In this document: positions 38,862 to 48,899 of the stretch, in pieces | How positions within the stretch are numbered: the first letter of the stretch is position 1 | Layout of the letters: each line of letters starts with the position of its first letter | Virus record (IMG/VR): IMGVR_UViG_3300043639_000076 | Coordinates: 3,463 to 67,462 of that record | Length of the DNA: 64,000 bases | Source: a virus | Strand: one strand, 5' to 3' | Notes under the pieces: model-generated | Told to the model about the DNA's origin: nothing | Seen by the model: only the letters and a program-made list of their open reading frames with translations | Database searches by the model: none | Translations under genes and position numbers: made by a program

Positions 38862-39190
38862 AGTGGCGGCTGAAGCGCACGCGTCAATGCGTCGCATGTC
38901 CATGGCGGGTGGCGACGGACCCGGCGCGCGACATTCCGAATGGTTACGATGCCGAGAAACATCGGGCGCTGGCCTTGACCATCGCCACGCCGGGTAGCTG
39001 GGTGGATAATCTCCACGTCATGGCGTGCCACGAAACGGAGGACAGCCACTGCATCGGCTGGCTGGTGAACCAGTTAGGACCAGGCAACAACATCCCTCTG
39101 CGGATCAGGATACGCGACTGCGAGAATGCCGGGAACATCCGGTTGCGCGGCAAACAGCACGGGACATTTGAGGATACGTTACCAGAATGA
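38858..39190 (+). CDS. DUF6283-like Cys/His protein
   Basis: QCxxCPWR, MACHE, CIGWL.NQL..GNNI.LR. Confidence 0.6.
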   Translation: MKWRLKRTRQCVACPWRVATDPARDIPNGYDAEKHRALALTIATPGSWVDNLHVMACHETEDSHCIGWLVNQLGPGNNIPLRIRIRDCENAGNIRLRGKQHGTFEDTLPE

Positions 39191-39531
39191 TATGCGCGCG
39201 GCCAGGATGCGGACGTGAGATTCCAACGGGACCGGGTCACAAGGAAATGGCGCATAAGCGATATTGCTCGCAGGACTGCCAGCAGAAATTCAATCGCGGC
39301 AAAGCCGACAGAGAGCGGCGCATGGCGTGGCATCTGTTCCGATATATGCAACGGAATTCGCCAAAGGCGCTGGCGAAACTGATGGCCTGGATGAACGAGG
39401 AGAAGGAACGGAATGCACGATCCAATGGAGCGTCCGAAAGAGCGGGCCTGGCATCCGGCGGCGCTGGAATTGCTGGACCGGCTGGTGCTGTCAAATATGT
39501 ACATCGGGGCGATCAGGGGCCGGATGCGTAG
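39187..39531 (+). CDS. Zinc-finger hypothetical protein
   Basis: CARPGC...YCSQDC. Confidence 0.55.
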   Translation: MICARPGCGREIPTGPGHKEMAHKRYCSQDCQQKFNRGKADRERRMAWHLFRYMQRNSPKALAKLMAWMNEEKERNARSNGASERAGLASGGAGIAGPAGAVKYVHRGDQGPDA

Positions 39532-39693
39532 CGTCCTGGGCTGGTATCCAAGCGAGCATGAGGTGCTGTGGCAAGCCGGCCGCTGGAATCGCTCGCCGCC
39601 GCCGCCGGCGGAACGACCAGCGAAACCGATGCCGGCACCGGATCGGCCGCGGCTGGGCAAGGGTGGTTTTACCATGCTGGGAGGACGCGCGCG

Positions 39694-39999
39694 GTGACCA
39701 CCTGGTGGCGGGCCGATGGGTTCCCGATCGTCCTGATCCGAGACGCGGCCTACATGTGGCGGCTGCACGACAAGTTGCGGAAACGCATGCCGGTCTGGGT
39801 GATCTACAGGCCGACGACGCGCGAATATCCAGGCCTGTGGGTGACCCGAATGCATGTCATCCTGCCCGAGGCGCGGCCCACGCGGTTCGTCATGAGCCAT
39901 GACACGCTGGAGGAGTTGCGGACCTTGCTGCCGCCGGGTCTGGTCAAAGCCGCCGCCGATCCACGCGACGTGCCAGAGATACAGGAGACGTGGTTGTGA
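39694..39999 (+). CDS. Phage hypothetical protein
   Basis: W.IY.P..EYPG.WV.R...DTLEELR..LPPGL....P.D.PEI.ETWL pattern; GTGA-coupled start with RBS GGAGG. Confidence 0.6.
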   Translation: MTTWWRADGFPIVLIRDAAYMWRLHDKLRKRMPVWVIYRPTTREYPGLWVTRMHVILPEARPTRFVMSHDTLEELRTLLPPGLVKAAADPRDVPEIQETWL

Positions 40000-40054
40000 T
40001 ATGCTCGGCTGGCGTTGACCGCGACGGGTTCCAACTGTCGGGCGGCGGAACCCC

Positions 40055-40522
40055 GTGAGCGGCCCTCACTGGTCCGACGCACCGCCCGACCGGGTGCTGA
40101 CGATGCGCCGCGGGCCATCGACCAATGCCTTGTGGATACGAGGTAACGGGCGGGCGCGGGTGCGTAGCCCAGACTACGTCAAATGGATCAACGAGGCGGG
40201 TTGGGAGATCAAGATGCAGATGGTCGGCATGCCCATCGTGGCGTGCCGGTTTAACTGCGTCATCGAGGTTCCGATATCGAAACGTGATACCGGAAACTGG
40301 GAAAAAGCCATCCTCGATCTGTTGGAACATGTCCATGTGGTCAGCAACGACGGCAACATGCACCAGTTGGAGGTGCGTCCCATGGAGCGCGCCGACGTGA
40401 TGGTCGCGCTGTGGCTTTTACCAGGGATGGGCAACGTCAGGCCCCAGGCCCCGGATCGCTACATCGGCAAGGAATGGCGTCGGCCAAAGAGCAAGGGGCT
40501 GCAATGGAAACTGCCGTTATGA
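40055..40522 (+). CDS. RusA-like Holliday junction resolvase
   Basis: PSTNALW, Y.KW, RDxGNxEKAILDLL..VVSND (variant of the RusA DxDNxxKxxxD motif). Confidence 0.65.
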   Translation: MSGPHWSDAPPDRVLTMRRGPSTNALWIRGNGRARVRSPDYVKWINEAGWEIKMQMVGMPIVACRFNCVIEVPISKRDTGNWEKAILDLLEHVHVVSNDGNMHQLEVRPMERADVMVALWLLPGMGNVRPQAPDRYIGKEWRRPKSKGLQWKLPL

Positions 40523-40949
40523 CGGATGCGACACCAGCACAACGGGCCGCGTGCCGCAACGGACAATGAAGATGCCCACGATTTACCGCTATCAAGGCCG
40601 ATGGTGGCATGGCGGCTTTAAAGCGTTCCCCGAAGAAACCGCGTGGAGCTTGCTAAAAGAATTAGCCTGGCTATTGCGCCACGGGGAATGGTGCGCCGGG
40701 TGGGAAGGATCGCAACTGATCTTCGGCTTCGGGCGCATGTGGTATGACGGGCCGCACTGGCATCTGAATGTCGGAGTGGCGTCCATTTCTCTGTCGGCAA
40801 ACTGACAATATTAAACGGAGAACTGAGATGGTCGACCCGCGCATTGCCGCAGCAGATTTTCTGTTGGTCAGTGGGCCTATATTTGCGAAAGCCGCCCGCT
40901 TTCGAAATCACAACCCTAAACGGACCACTGTCTGAAGCATTTCGTTGAG

Positions 40950-41198
40950 ATGACTACCTACGCGTGGGCGATTTTGCACCGGTCGAAGAATCTTTTGGAC
41001 GGCGACCGGTCATGGTTGGAGGGCGTGCCGGATGGCATGACACGAACCCGACTGTTCGCCACGCGGCGTGAGGCGCGAGCCTGGTGCGTGGAACAGCATG
41101 GCTGGATCAGGCGACGGCCAGACTGCCGCGCGGAGCCGCATGGCATGTTCATGCCGCGTGTCGTTCGGGTGCGAATCGAGATTGAAATTTACCCTTGA
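40950..41198 (+). CDS. Hypothetical protein
   Basis: LFATRREARAW....GWIR.RPD.RAEPHG pattern. Confidence 0.6.
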   Translation: MTTYAWAILHRSKNLLDGDRSWLEGVPDGMTRTRLFATRREARAWCVEQHGWIRRRPDCRAEPHGMFMPRVVRVRIEIEIYP

Positions 41199-41245
41199 CC
41201 AAGGTGCGTGTGAGGTGCTTACTCGCACCTCCACGGGGAGGAGCC

Positions 41246-41416
41246 ATGAGCGAACTATCACCCAGGACAGTTCATTTTACCCAGCCGCAATCTTCATACT
41301 TACGTGAGGAGTCAGACCGGCTCGGGATAACCGTGTCGGAACTGATACGACGTATCATCGACCAGTTCAGAGGAAATAAAAATGCCAGACGGGATCGTAA
41401 CGAAGCGGCGAACTAA
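41246..41416 (+). CDS. Ribbon-helix-helix (CopG-like) regulator
   Basis: RBS GGAGGAG; RTVHFT....YL...S.RLGITVSELIRRIID. Confidence 0.75.
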   Translation: MSELSPRTVHFTQPQSSYLREESDRLGITVSELIRRIIDQFRGNKNARRDRNEAAN

Positions 41417-42299
41417 ACTTCTCGGCACCGCCGCCACGATTATCAAGGCGCGGCATCCGACCATGCTGCTTTACGGCGGTGCTGGTGTTGGTAAGACTAT
41501 GCTGACCACGCAGTTTCCGGATGTCTATTTTATTGATTCGGAAGGCGGCGCGACGCAGCCGGAATACCGCCAGAAGCTGCGTGACGCGGGCGCTTTGTAT
41601 CTCGGTCCCGATGATGGGGCCGCGTCCATGGATGTGGTTCTGGATCAGGTTCGCGCACTGGCGACGACACAGCATGATCGCAAGACGCTGGTCATCGATA
41701 GCATCACCAAGCTTTTCGCCAATGAGATCGCGCGTGAGGCCGAGAGATTGTCGGACGCCGGCAAGAAGAACGAATTCGGCCTGGATCGGAAACCGGCGGT
41801 AAACCAGATGCGCCAGCTTGTGGCGTGGCTCCCCCGGCTCTCGATGAACGTCATCCTGACGGCGGGCGAGGTCGCCGAATGGGGCCTGATCAACGGCGAG
41901 CGGGCACAGGTCGGCACCACGTTCGATGCCTGGGTACGCCTGGAATACGAACTCGATCTGGCCATCAATATGTTCAAGTCTGGTCCTCGCAGGATGGCGC
42001 GGGTGCGGAAGACGCGGCTGGCGGCGTTCGTGCAAGGTGACACGTTCGAATGCACCTATGAAGAGTTCAGTCAGCGCATGGGTAGCGTGATCGAGGAAGC
42101 GCCGGAACCGGAGAAGTTCGCGACACCGGTCCAGTTGGCCGAGGTGGCGCGGTTGCTGGACATCGTTCGTCTCGATGAAGGAACGGTCGATAAGTGGCTC
42201 GCCGCCGCCAACGTCAGTTCGTGGGATGAGATGTCGGAAGAGCGGATCGGCAAGGCCATCACCTATTTGCAGGGGAAAATCGCCCCGGCGGGTGGCTGA
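41382..42299 (+). CDS. AAA_24 / Sak4-like recombination ATPase
   Basis: LLYGGAGVGKT (Walker A), FIDSEGG, TLVIDSIT; near DUF669 SSB gene. Confidence 0.85.
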   Translation: MPDGIVTKRRTKLLGTAATIIKARHPTMLLYGGAGVGKTMLTTQFPDVYFIDSEGGATQPEYRQKLRDAGALYLGPDDGAASMDVVLDQVRALATTQHDRKTLVIDSITKLFANEIAREAERLSDAGKKNEFGLDRKPAVNQMRQLVAWLPRLSMNVILTAGEVAEWGLINGERAQVGTTFDAWVRLEYELDLAINMFKSGPRRMARVRKTRLAAFVQGDTFECTYEEFSQRMGSVIEEAPEPEKFATPVQLAEVARLLDIVRLDEGTVDKWLAAANVSSWDEMSEERIGKAITYLQGKIAPAGG

Positions 42300-42661
42300 T
42301 GGAGGGGTTCGATTCCGCCTTCATCGAGATCGGCCTGAAGGACGAACTGACCGCGATCAACGCCATGGCGGCGGCGCGGGTCACCATCATGGCGATGCTG
42401 CGGTATCCGTTCGCGGAGATCTCGCTGGTGATCGGCGGCTTCGATGCTGATCCGCGCGAGGTTTGGGATATTCCGGAAGCGAAAGACTATTTCGAAATGT
42501 TCATCGGCGCGATGTTCGTTCTCAACGCGCCTCATGTCAGGGAGTGGCGGCTGGACAAGGCCACCATGGGTGTCGTCGCCATGTGTTGCGGTTTCGGAAA
42601 GATCGTGGGGCGTGACCCAAAGACCGGTGCTTACGATATTCGGATCGCCTGGAAGGAATGA
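42299..42661 (+). CDS. DUF1817/CRR6-like protein
   Basis: GFDADPREVWDIPEAKDYF resembles the DPRELxEIPEVR motif. Confidence 0.45.
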   Translation: MEGFDSAFIEIGLKDELTAINAMAAARVTIMAMLRYPFAEISLVIGGFDADPREVWDIPEAKDYFEMFIGAMFVLNAPHVREWRLDKATMGVVAMCCGFGKIVGRDPKTGAYDIRIAWKE

Positions 42662-42885
42662 AGTTCGTTCCGGTGCCCTCGCGCTCGCCGCGCGTGCTGC
42701 GGCGTGTGGTCCTGGAAACCGAACCACCCATGGTCCTGGAACTGATTCATGACCGGGTGGCGAAGTGTAACATTCTGTCGGTCGGCATCGGGCGTGGAGC
42801 GCTTCGCCGGGTCTGGCTGAATGAAGCCGATACCGCGAAGCTGGTATCGTCAATCGTTAGTTTAACCATGGAGAAACCCAGATGA
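42658..42885 (+). CDS. Hypothetical protein
   Basis: ATGA coupling on both sides. Confidence 0.5.
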   Translation: MKFVPVPSRSPRVLRRVVLETEPPMVLELIHDRVAKCNILSVGIGRGALRRVWLNEADTAKLVSSIVSLTMEKPR

Positions 42886-43379
42886 GAATCCCCACACCAG
42901 CGTCACAGGCGGAAGCCGACAAGGGCGGCAACTTCACGCCGTGGCCGGCCGGCGACTACGATTTCGAGGTCGAGAACGCGGAGGACGAAACGTCGAAAGC
43001 GAGCGGTCGCGATCAAATGAAGCTGACCTTGTTGGTGTTCAACGCGAAAGGCGAACAACGTAAGGTCTTCGACTACCTGGGCGCGGACGAAAAATCGCAG
43101 TGGAAAGTCAGGCACTTTTGCGGCGCGATCGGCCTGATCCCGCAATACGAAAGCGGCGAACTGGAACCCTACGATTGCATCGCCAAGCAGGGTCGTCTGG
43201 CGATGATCGTGCGGCCGGCGCGTGGCGAGTATGGCGCGTCGAACAGCGTGCGTGACTACATCCAGCCAGACGAGAACGCGACGGCGAAGCGGCCGGCACC
43301 GGCGCGGCCAGCCGCGACCCAGGCGGCGCGTAAGCCGGTCCCCGCCGGCAATGTCGAGGACGATGACATACCGTTCTGA
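42882..43379 (+). CDS. DUF669 single-stranded DNA-binding protein
   Basis: P.GDYDFEV..AE..TSK.SG..MKL; acidic C-terminal tail EDDDIPF. Confidence 0.85.
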   Translation: MRIPTPASQAEADKGGNFTPWPAGDYDFEVENAEDETSKASGRDQMKLTLLVFNAKGEQRKVFDYLGADEKSQWKVRHFCGAIGLIPQYESGELEPYDCIAKQGRLAMIVRPARGEYGASNSVRDYIQPDENATAKRPAPARPAATQAARKPVPAGNVEDDDIPF

Positions 43380-43392
43380 TATGGAGGTTTCG

Positions 43393-43608
43393 ATGCGGAC
43401 GAAGCCAGAACCTGATGCGCTGACCGACGAGGAGGTGGAGCGCATCAGGGAGATCGTCAAAGAGTCTGAACACACCAATGTGCTGACCGACTGGGAGGCC
43501 GCGTTCATCGACGATGTCGGGGATCGCCTCCTCGACTACGGAAACAAGACGCGGATCTCCGACAGGATGTGGGAGATCATCAACCGGATCGAGGAAAAGC
43601 TTGGCTGA
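43393..43608 (+). CDS. Hypothetical protein
   Basis: RBS GGAGG; LTDWEAAFIDDV. Confidence 0.6.
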   Translation: MRTKPEPDALTDEEVERIREIVKESEHTNVLTDWEAAFIDDVGDRLLDYGNKTRISDRMWEIINRIEEKLG

Positions 43609-43887
43609 TTTCAAAGACGATGACGTTAACAGGGGAGTGCCGGGTGTCGTGCGGGATTTTGTCCCGCCCGACACGCCGCCGCATTTCACTGGACTCTTGT
43701 GGAAGAACAAGAATGGTTCTCTCGGCATAACGATCAACGATCTGCTGAACTGGCCGATCCACCTGATCGGCACACTGGAGGCCGGCGTCTATTACCTGCG
43801 CGGCTGGCGCGGTGTGGTGCCGGCGGAAATTCATTTCCCTTTGATTGATGGGCCGCTGCCCGACGATGGTGAACCCAAGGAAGAAGA

Positions 43888-44091
43888 ATGACGCGCTGGA
43901 AGTCTTCCTCGTTCAGCCACGAGGGGCCGGAATGCCCCGGCTGTGGCCACACCTGGAAACTCGATGAGTCATGCTACTTTGATGAGAACGGTTACGAATT
44001 GCATTGTGATGAATGTGAAACAGATTTTTCCGTGCAGCCGCACGCCCTGTGGTCGTGGACCGGCAGGAAAATAACAGAGGAAGACAAATGA
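43888..44091 (+). CDS. Zinc-ribbon protein
   Basis: CPGCG...CDEC. Confidence 0.65.
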   Translation: MTRWKSSSFSHEGPECPGCGHTWKLDESCYFDENGYELHCDECETDFSVQPHALWSWTGRKITEEDK

Positions 44092-45449
44092 AAATCGCTG
44101 GCGAAGAGGTTGTCGTGTCCCTGGAGGCACGGCGTCTGGGGGCGGAGAAGCTGAACGCCTGGATCAATGACCCGCCGCCGACGCCGGTGCCGGATATCAC
44201 GCTCACCGAGGACCAGCTTCGCGCCAAACAGGAGATGGAAGCCAGCATCGAGATGCGACGGTTCCATCTGTTGACCGGGTCGGCTGGCACGGGAAAGACC
44301 ACGCTCGTCCAGATCATGGCGCGCGAGGCTTACGCGCGGGGCCTGATCGTGCGCCTCGCGGCACCCACGCACAAAGCCGCCGGCGTGCTGCGCGCCAAGC
44401 TGGGACTGCCGTGTGGCACCATCCACAGCCTCCTGTCGCTGCGGCCGAAAGCCGATCGGGACCGGCAGGTGTTCGTGCGCTCGGCCAACGCCAGACCACT
44501 CACGGGCGACCTGTTCATCATTGACGAGTGCAGCATGCTTGGCGAGGAGTTGATGCGCCATGTGCGGCGTTTGCTCAATGGTCACGCGGTTATCCTGGTG
44601 GGTGATCCCGCCCAGATCCCGCCAGTGGGTGAGGCGAACTCGGAGTCGTTTGATACGGTTCCGGCTTCGCATCTCACGACCGTGGTGAGACAGGCGGCGG
44701 GCAACCCGATCATCGCCGCGGCGCAGATTATCCGCGCCACCCAGGATGACCCGGACGCGCCGATGGACTGGTCCTGGTGCCGCCAGGAGCGGGTCGGCGA
44801 CATCGGCGTGTTCCTGCCGCCACGCGGTCAGGCGGATGCCTGGTTGAAAAAAGCGATCATGTCGGACGCGTTCAAGGAAGATCCGGATTTCGCGCGTTAC
44901 CTTTGCCACACCAACGATCGTGTCCTGCACGTCAACACCCGTGTCAGGACGTGGCTGTTCGGCAAGGACGCGCTCGCCGCGCCGTTCCTGGAAGGCGAGA
45001 TGCTGTTGATGCGCTCGCCGCTGGTGCTGGACGACGCCATCGCCATCGCCACGAACGAAGAGGTGCGGGTGCTGGATATCGATTACGGCTCGCACCAGAA
45101 CGTCGGCACCTGGGAGATCAAGGTGCGGACGGACATGGACAAGGTTTACAACATCCACGTCCCGCGCGACTGGAATGAATACCAGTTGGCGCTCGCGGAA
45201 ATGCGCGACGCGTGCAAGGGCGGCACGCAGGAATGGGAAGCGCTGCACGAGTTCACCGCGTCGTTCATCCGCGCCCAGAGCATCTATGCCATGACCCTGC
45301 ACGCGAGCCAGGGAAGCACCTTCCAGTGGGCGTTCCTCGACGTGCCGAACGCACGCGCGCGCATGATGGACAACCCGCTGGAGGTGCGCCGGCTCCTTTA
45401 CACGGGGGCGACGCGCGCGGCGAAGGGTTTGGTGCTGGTGGGAGTGTGA
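44088..45449 (+). CDS. SF1B Dda/RecD-like DNA helicase
   Basis: LTGSAGTGKTT, APTHKAA, TIHSLL, IIDECSM, GDPAQIPPV, YAMTLHASQGSTF, LYTGATRA. Confidence 0.93.
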   Translation: MKIAGEEVVVSLEARRLGAEKLNAWINDPPPTPVPDITLTEDQLRAKQEMEASIEMRRFHLLTGSAGTGKTTLVQIMAREAYARGLIVRLAAPTHKAAGVLRAKLGLPCGTIHSLLSLRPKADRDRQVFVRSANARPLTGDLFIIDECSMLGEELMRHVRRLLNGHAVILVGDPAQIPPVGEANSESFDTVPASHLTTVVRQAAGNPIIAAAQIIRATQDDPDAPMDWSWCRQERVGDIGVFLPPRGQADAWLKKAIMSDAFKEDPDFARYLCHTNDRVLHVNTRVRTWLFGKDALAAPFLEGEMLLMRSPLVLDDAIAIATNEEVRVLDIDYGSHQNVGTWEIKVRTDMDKVYNIHVPRDWNEYQLALAEMRDACKGGTQEWEALHEFTASFIRAQSIYAMTLHASQGSTFQWAFLDVPNARARMMDNPLEVRRLLYTGATRAAKGLVLVGV

Positions 45450-45451
45450 TC

Positions 45452-46156
45452 ATGGGTGAAACAATTACAAAGGCAGAATACAACCTTCGTTTTTCTGGAG
45501 GATGTAGCATATGTCATCTTCCAGTTTGTCTGATCCCCAATGGACCAGCTATGTGGCTATGTGAACATGCGGGGTATTTAGGTGATGTGATCATCGAAGA
45601 TGATCCGCCCTCCACACCTTCGCGGCAAATCCAGACTACGTGGCACCTCTATGTATTAACCTGTCATCCAACCGGACAAAGGTATATCGGCCAGACACGC
45701 CGTCCCGTCGCGGTCAGGTTTGGTCAACATCTGCAAGATGCCTCTTCTCAGAGGTATGATTGGTTGATCGCCAAAGCCATGAGGGAACATGGTCCCGATG
45801 CTTTTTCAATCGAGCATGTCGCTTGTTGTCGCTCTCGGAACGAAGCAAACGAATGTGAGGTGTTGCTGATAAAGCAATATGGCACTTTAGCCCCAGACGG
45901 CCTCAACATGACGTTGGGTGGTCATGGACGCAAAGGCATGAAGATGTCCGACCAATGGCGCGCCGGTCAAAGTGCGAGGATGAAAGTTATTTCAGACCAG
46001 CCAGCGTGGCGAGCGGATGTCAGCGCACGCCTGAAAGCCAGATGGGCCACCTTATCCCCCGCCGAAAGATCGGCGATTGTGCGTAAGGGTTACCTGACCA
46101 GGAGTCGCGCCATTAATCAAACAGGACAACATCCTTTGTTTGATTTGGATTGTTGA
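45452..46156 (+). CDS. GIY-YIG endonuclease (probable homing endonuclease)
   Basis: HLYVLT...GQRYIGQT, RF.QH, AM..HG.D.F, E..LI..Y.TL.P.GLN.T.GG; visibly more AT-rich than flanks. Confidence 0.82.
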   Translation: MGETITKAEYNLRFSGGCSICHLPVCLIPNGPAMWLCEHAGYLGDVIIEDDPPSTPSRQIQTTWHLYVLTCHPTGQRYIGQTRRPVAVRFGQHLQDASSQRYDWLIAKAMREHGPDAFSIEHVACCRSRNEANECEVLLIKQYGTLAPDGLNMTLGGHGRKGMKMSDQWRAGQSARMKVISDQPAWRADVSARLKARWATLSPAERSAIVRKGYLTRSRAINQTGQHPLFDLDC

Positions 46157-46369
46157 GTGATGAACAGCTTCTTCGACGGCGAGCCGACGTTTCCCGCCAG
46201 GATCACTTTTAGTTTCGGTAACGAAGCGGTGAAGATCATTCTGAACGCGGATGGGACGTTCGACGGGGATCCCGCGGCGATGCGGGCCGCGATGGAACGC
46301 TCGCGCGGCGGGGAGTCGCATCCCGTGATCCTCGCCTGGTTGCTGCTGCGAGCGATGGAGAAGGGCTGA
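46157..46369 (+). CDS. Hypothetical protein
   Basis: In-operon ORF. Confidence 0.5.
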   Translation: MMNSFFDGEPTFPARITFSFGNEAVKIILNADGTFDGDPAAMRAAMERSRGGESHPVILAWLLLRAMEKG

Positions 46370-46636
46370 TGAGCGGCGTCGAGGATGAACCGGAAGTGAT
46401 CGTCACCCGCGTCACCCAGGAGGGTGAGATCATGGTCACGCTGCCGTCCGGACGGGTGATGTTCATGGGGTTTCTGGTGGGTGCGCGGTTCGTGATCGAC
46501 GCGACCAGGAACGGCTTCAAGGTGACGGTCGAGGATTAGCCGCGCCACGGTGACGGGACCGGCGACCGGCGTATAACGGTCGCCCAAGAAAAAGGGGATG
46601 GGGTACCATGAGGATCATAAAACCGGCGGGTGAGTG

Positions 46637-47470
46637 ATGCACCCGGAACTGGAGCGTGTCGCCCTGTTGGGCTGGCACGTCTATCCCTGTTCGCGTACGT
46701 CGAAAGCCGGCCTCTGGAAAGGGGCGCAAAGCGAGGCGACCTCCGATCTGAATGTGCTGTCGCGCTGGAGCCGGGACCACCCGGACGCGAACTGGCGCGT
46801 GGTGTTCGGCCGCTCCGGCCTCTGGGGCCTGGACGTGGACAGCGCGGAGACGCACGCGCACGACGGGCTGGCGTCCATGGCGGCGCTGGTCGATCGGAAC
46901 GGACCCTTGCCGGTCGGGCCGCGGGCCAGATCCGGTGGCGGCGGCGTGTTGTTGTTCTGGCGCGACCCCGGCGGGCTGGCGATCGTGGGGTCAGCGGAGC
47001 GGCTGGGAGCGGCGTGGGCCGGCATCGATCCGAAACGCGGAGCGCAGACGCAAACGATCCCTCCCTCCGTCCACACGCTCACCGGACGGCCGTATCGCTG
47101 GCTGGTATCGCCATGGGAAGTGGCACCGCCCGACGCGCCGAAATGGCTCTCGACCGCTTTACGGACTCCACCCGCGCCAGTGGCGACGTATCGCGCGATT
47201 GGTGACCAAAGGGGGGCGGACGCGCATGAGCGTTTGCATCGGGCGGCGCGCGCGATCATGCAAGCCCGCGAGGGGGCGCGCAACATCACCTTGAACCGTC
47301 GCGCCTACGGCGTGGCGCGCATGGTCGGAGCCGGCCTGTTGGATGAGCGGGTCATGGTCGATGTGCTGTACCGGGTTGGCCGCGACATTGGTCTGGATCA
47401 CGATGAAGTCCGCAACACGATCCACTCCGCGCTGGTAGCGGGACGGCGGAAACCAACGGAGAGCCGCTAA
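46637..47470 (+). CDS. Bifunctional primase/polymerase (Prim-Pol)
   Basis: GWHVYPC, ATSD, PDANW, LDVD, RSGGGG, PPSVH..G.PY.W; C-terminal GARN.TLN. Confidence 0.9.
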   Translation: MHPELERVALLGWHVYPCSRTSKAGLWKGAQSEATSDLNVLSRWSRDHPDANWRVVFGRSGLWGLDVDSAETHAHDGLASMAALVDRNGPLPVGPRARSGGGGVLLFWRDPGGLAIVGSAERLGAAWAGIDPKRGAQTQTIPPSVHTLTGRPYRWLVSPWEVAPPDAPKWLSTALRTPPAPVATYRAIGDQRGADAHERLHRAARAIMQAREGARNITLNRRAYGVARMVGAGLLDERVMVDVLYRVGRDIGLDHDEVRNTIHSALVAGRRKPTESR

Positions 47471-48849
47471 TGGCCGAACAGGATGACCCGCCTTCAGCAC
47501 CATTCTGGATGCGCCGGCTAAAATATCCCGCCAACGGCGGCGAACCCTGGCCGACGCTCGGCAACGCCATCCTGATCCTGACCAACGACACGGTGTTCGC
47601 CGGCATGTTCGGCCTCGATCGATTCACCGGACAACGCGTGTTGATGCGCGCCCCGCCCCGGATCGAGGACGACGATCCAGAGATCCCCGGACCCTATCCA
47701 CGCGGCTGGACCGAGGACGAGGATGTCTCGCTGATCCTGGCCTGGATGCAGGGAACCTGGGGCCGCAAGTGGGCGCGCAACACCATCGTGGACGCGATGA
47801 TCGTGGTGTCGCGGCGCAACACGTTCCATCCGATCCTCGACTGGATCGACAAGTTGGTCTGGGACGGCCAGGACCGGCTCGACACCTGGCTACGCAGTGC
47901 CTTCGACGTGAAGAATGAGTTCAATCCATTGAGCGACGATCCGGCGGAACGGAAGCGGTGGAAGGAGAAGAACGACTATTTCGCCATGATCGGAGCCAGA
48001 TTTCTGATCGCCGCCGTGCGCCGGCTGCGCCAACCCGGCTGCAAATTCGATCACCTTCTGATCCTTGAGGGCGCGCAGCGGATCGGCAAATCGACGGCGG
48101 TGGCTCTCCTGTTTGGCGCGGAATATTTCACCGACGACGTGCCAACCGATTTGAAAAACAAGGACGCGGCGCTTGGATTGCACGGCAAATGGTGCATCGA
48201 GTTCGCGGAAATCGAGCATCTGGTCAGGACCGAGGTGGAGGTGATCAAGGCGTTTTTGTCGCGCGCCACCGATCATTACCGACCCCCTTACGGTGAGAAA
48301 TACATCGATGTGCCACGCGCGTCGGTGCTGATCGGCACGACCAATTCGGATGATTACCTGCGGGACGGGACCGGAAACACGAGAATGTGGCCGGCCTGGT
48401 GCCAGAGCGTGGATCTGGTCTGGCTGGCGATGTGGCGCGACCAGCTATGGGCCGAGGCGGCGGCGCGCGAGGCGAAGGGCGAGGTCATCTGGCTGGACGA
48501 CGAGAAGCTACAGGACGAGGCGAAGACGGCGACCGCGCACCGCCTGGCCGGCGAGGTATGGGAGCCGGCGATCGTGAAGTGGCTGGGCGAGAACGCCCTC
48601 CAGATCGATGAGGATCGTCCGCTGACGATCGCGCGCGTGCTGGAACACGGGATCGGTATGTCGAAAGACAAAATGACCCGCGCTTCCGAGATGCGCGTGG
48701 GAGCGGTGCTGCGCTCGCTCGGCTACCAGAGAAAATTCGGATCAATCGGCGGCAAAACCATTCGGGTGTGGCGCATGCCTGATTTGCCTAACAATGATGC
48801 AGTTTCTCAGGAAAAAGATTGGTCGGAAGACCCCATCGGATTTGGTTGA
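47470..48849 (+). CDS. VapE/VirE-family SF3 helicase
   Basis: FHPI, WDG..RLD, PGCKFD..LILEGAQRIGKST, KAFLSR..D.YRPPYG, GTTN..YLRDGTGN.R.WP. Confidence 0.92.
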   Translation: MAEQDDPPSAPFWMRRLKYPANGGEPWPTLGNAILILTNDTVFAGMFGLDRFTGQRVLMRAPPRIEDDDPEIPGPYPRGWTEDEDVSLILAWMQGTWGRKWARNTIVDAMIVVSRRNTFHPILDWIDKLVWDGQDRLDTWLRSAFDVKNEFNPLSDDPAERKRWKEKNDYFAMIGARFLIAAVRRLRQPGCKFDHLLILEGAQRIGKSTAVALLFGAEYFTDDVPTDLKNKDAALGLHGKWCIEFAEIEHLVRTEVEVIKAFLSRATDHYRPPYGEKYIDVPRASVLIGTTNSDDYLRDGTGNTRMWPAWCQSVDLVWLAMWRDQLWAEAAAREAKGEVIWLDDEKLQDEAKTATAHRLAGEVWEPAIVKWLGENALQIDEDRPLTIARVLEHGIGMSKDKMTRASEMRVGAVLRSLGYQRKFGSIGGKTIRVWRMPDLPNNDAVSQEKDWSEDPIGFG

Positions 48850-48867
48850 CAGGGTTTGTCTTTGGTT

Positions 48868-48895
48868 AAAACGGCAGGTTTCCTGCCGTTTTTTT
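48868..48895 (+). terminator. Rho-independent terminator after VapE
   Basis: AAAACGGCAGG-TTT-CCTGCCGTTTT plus T run. Confidence 0.8.
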
Positions 48896-48899
48896 GTTT

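Noticed and set aside
40815-40940. Hammerhead ribozyme
   Set aside because: GAAA is present but no CUGANGA core in the required arrangement
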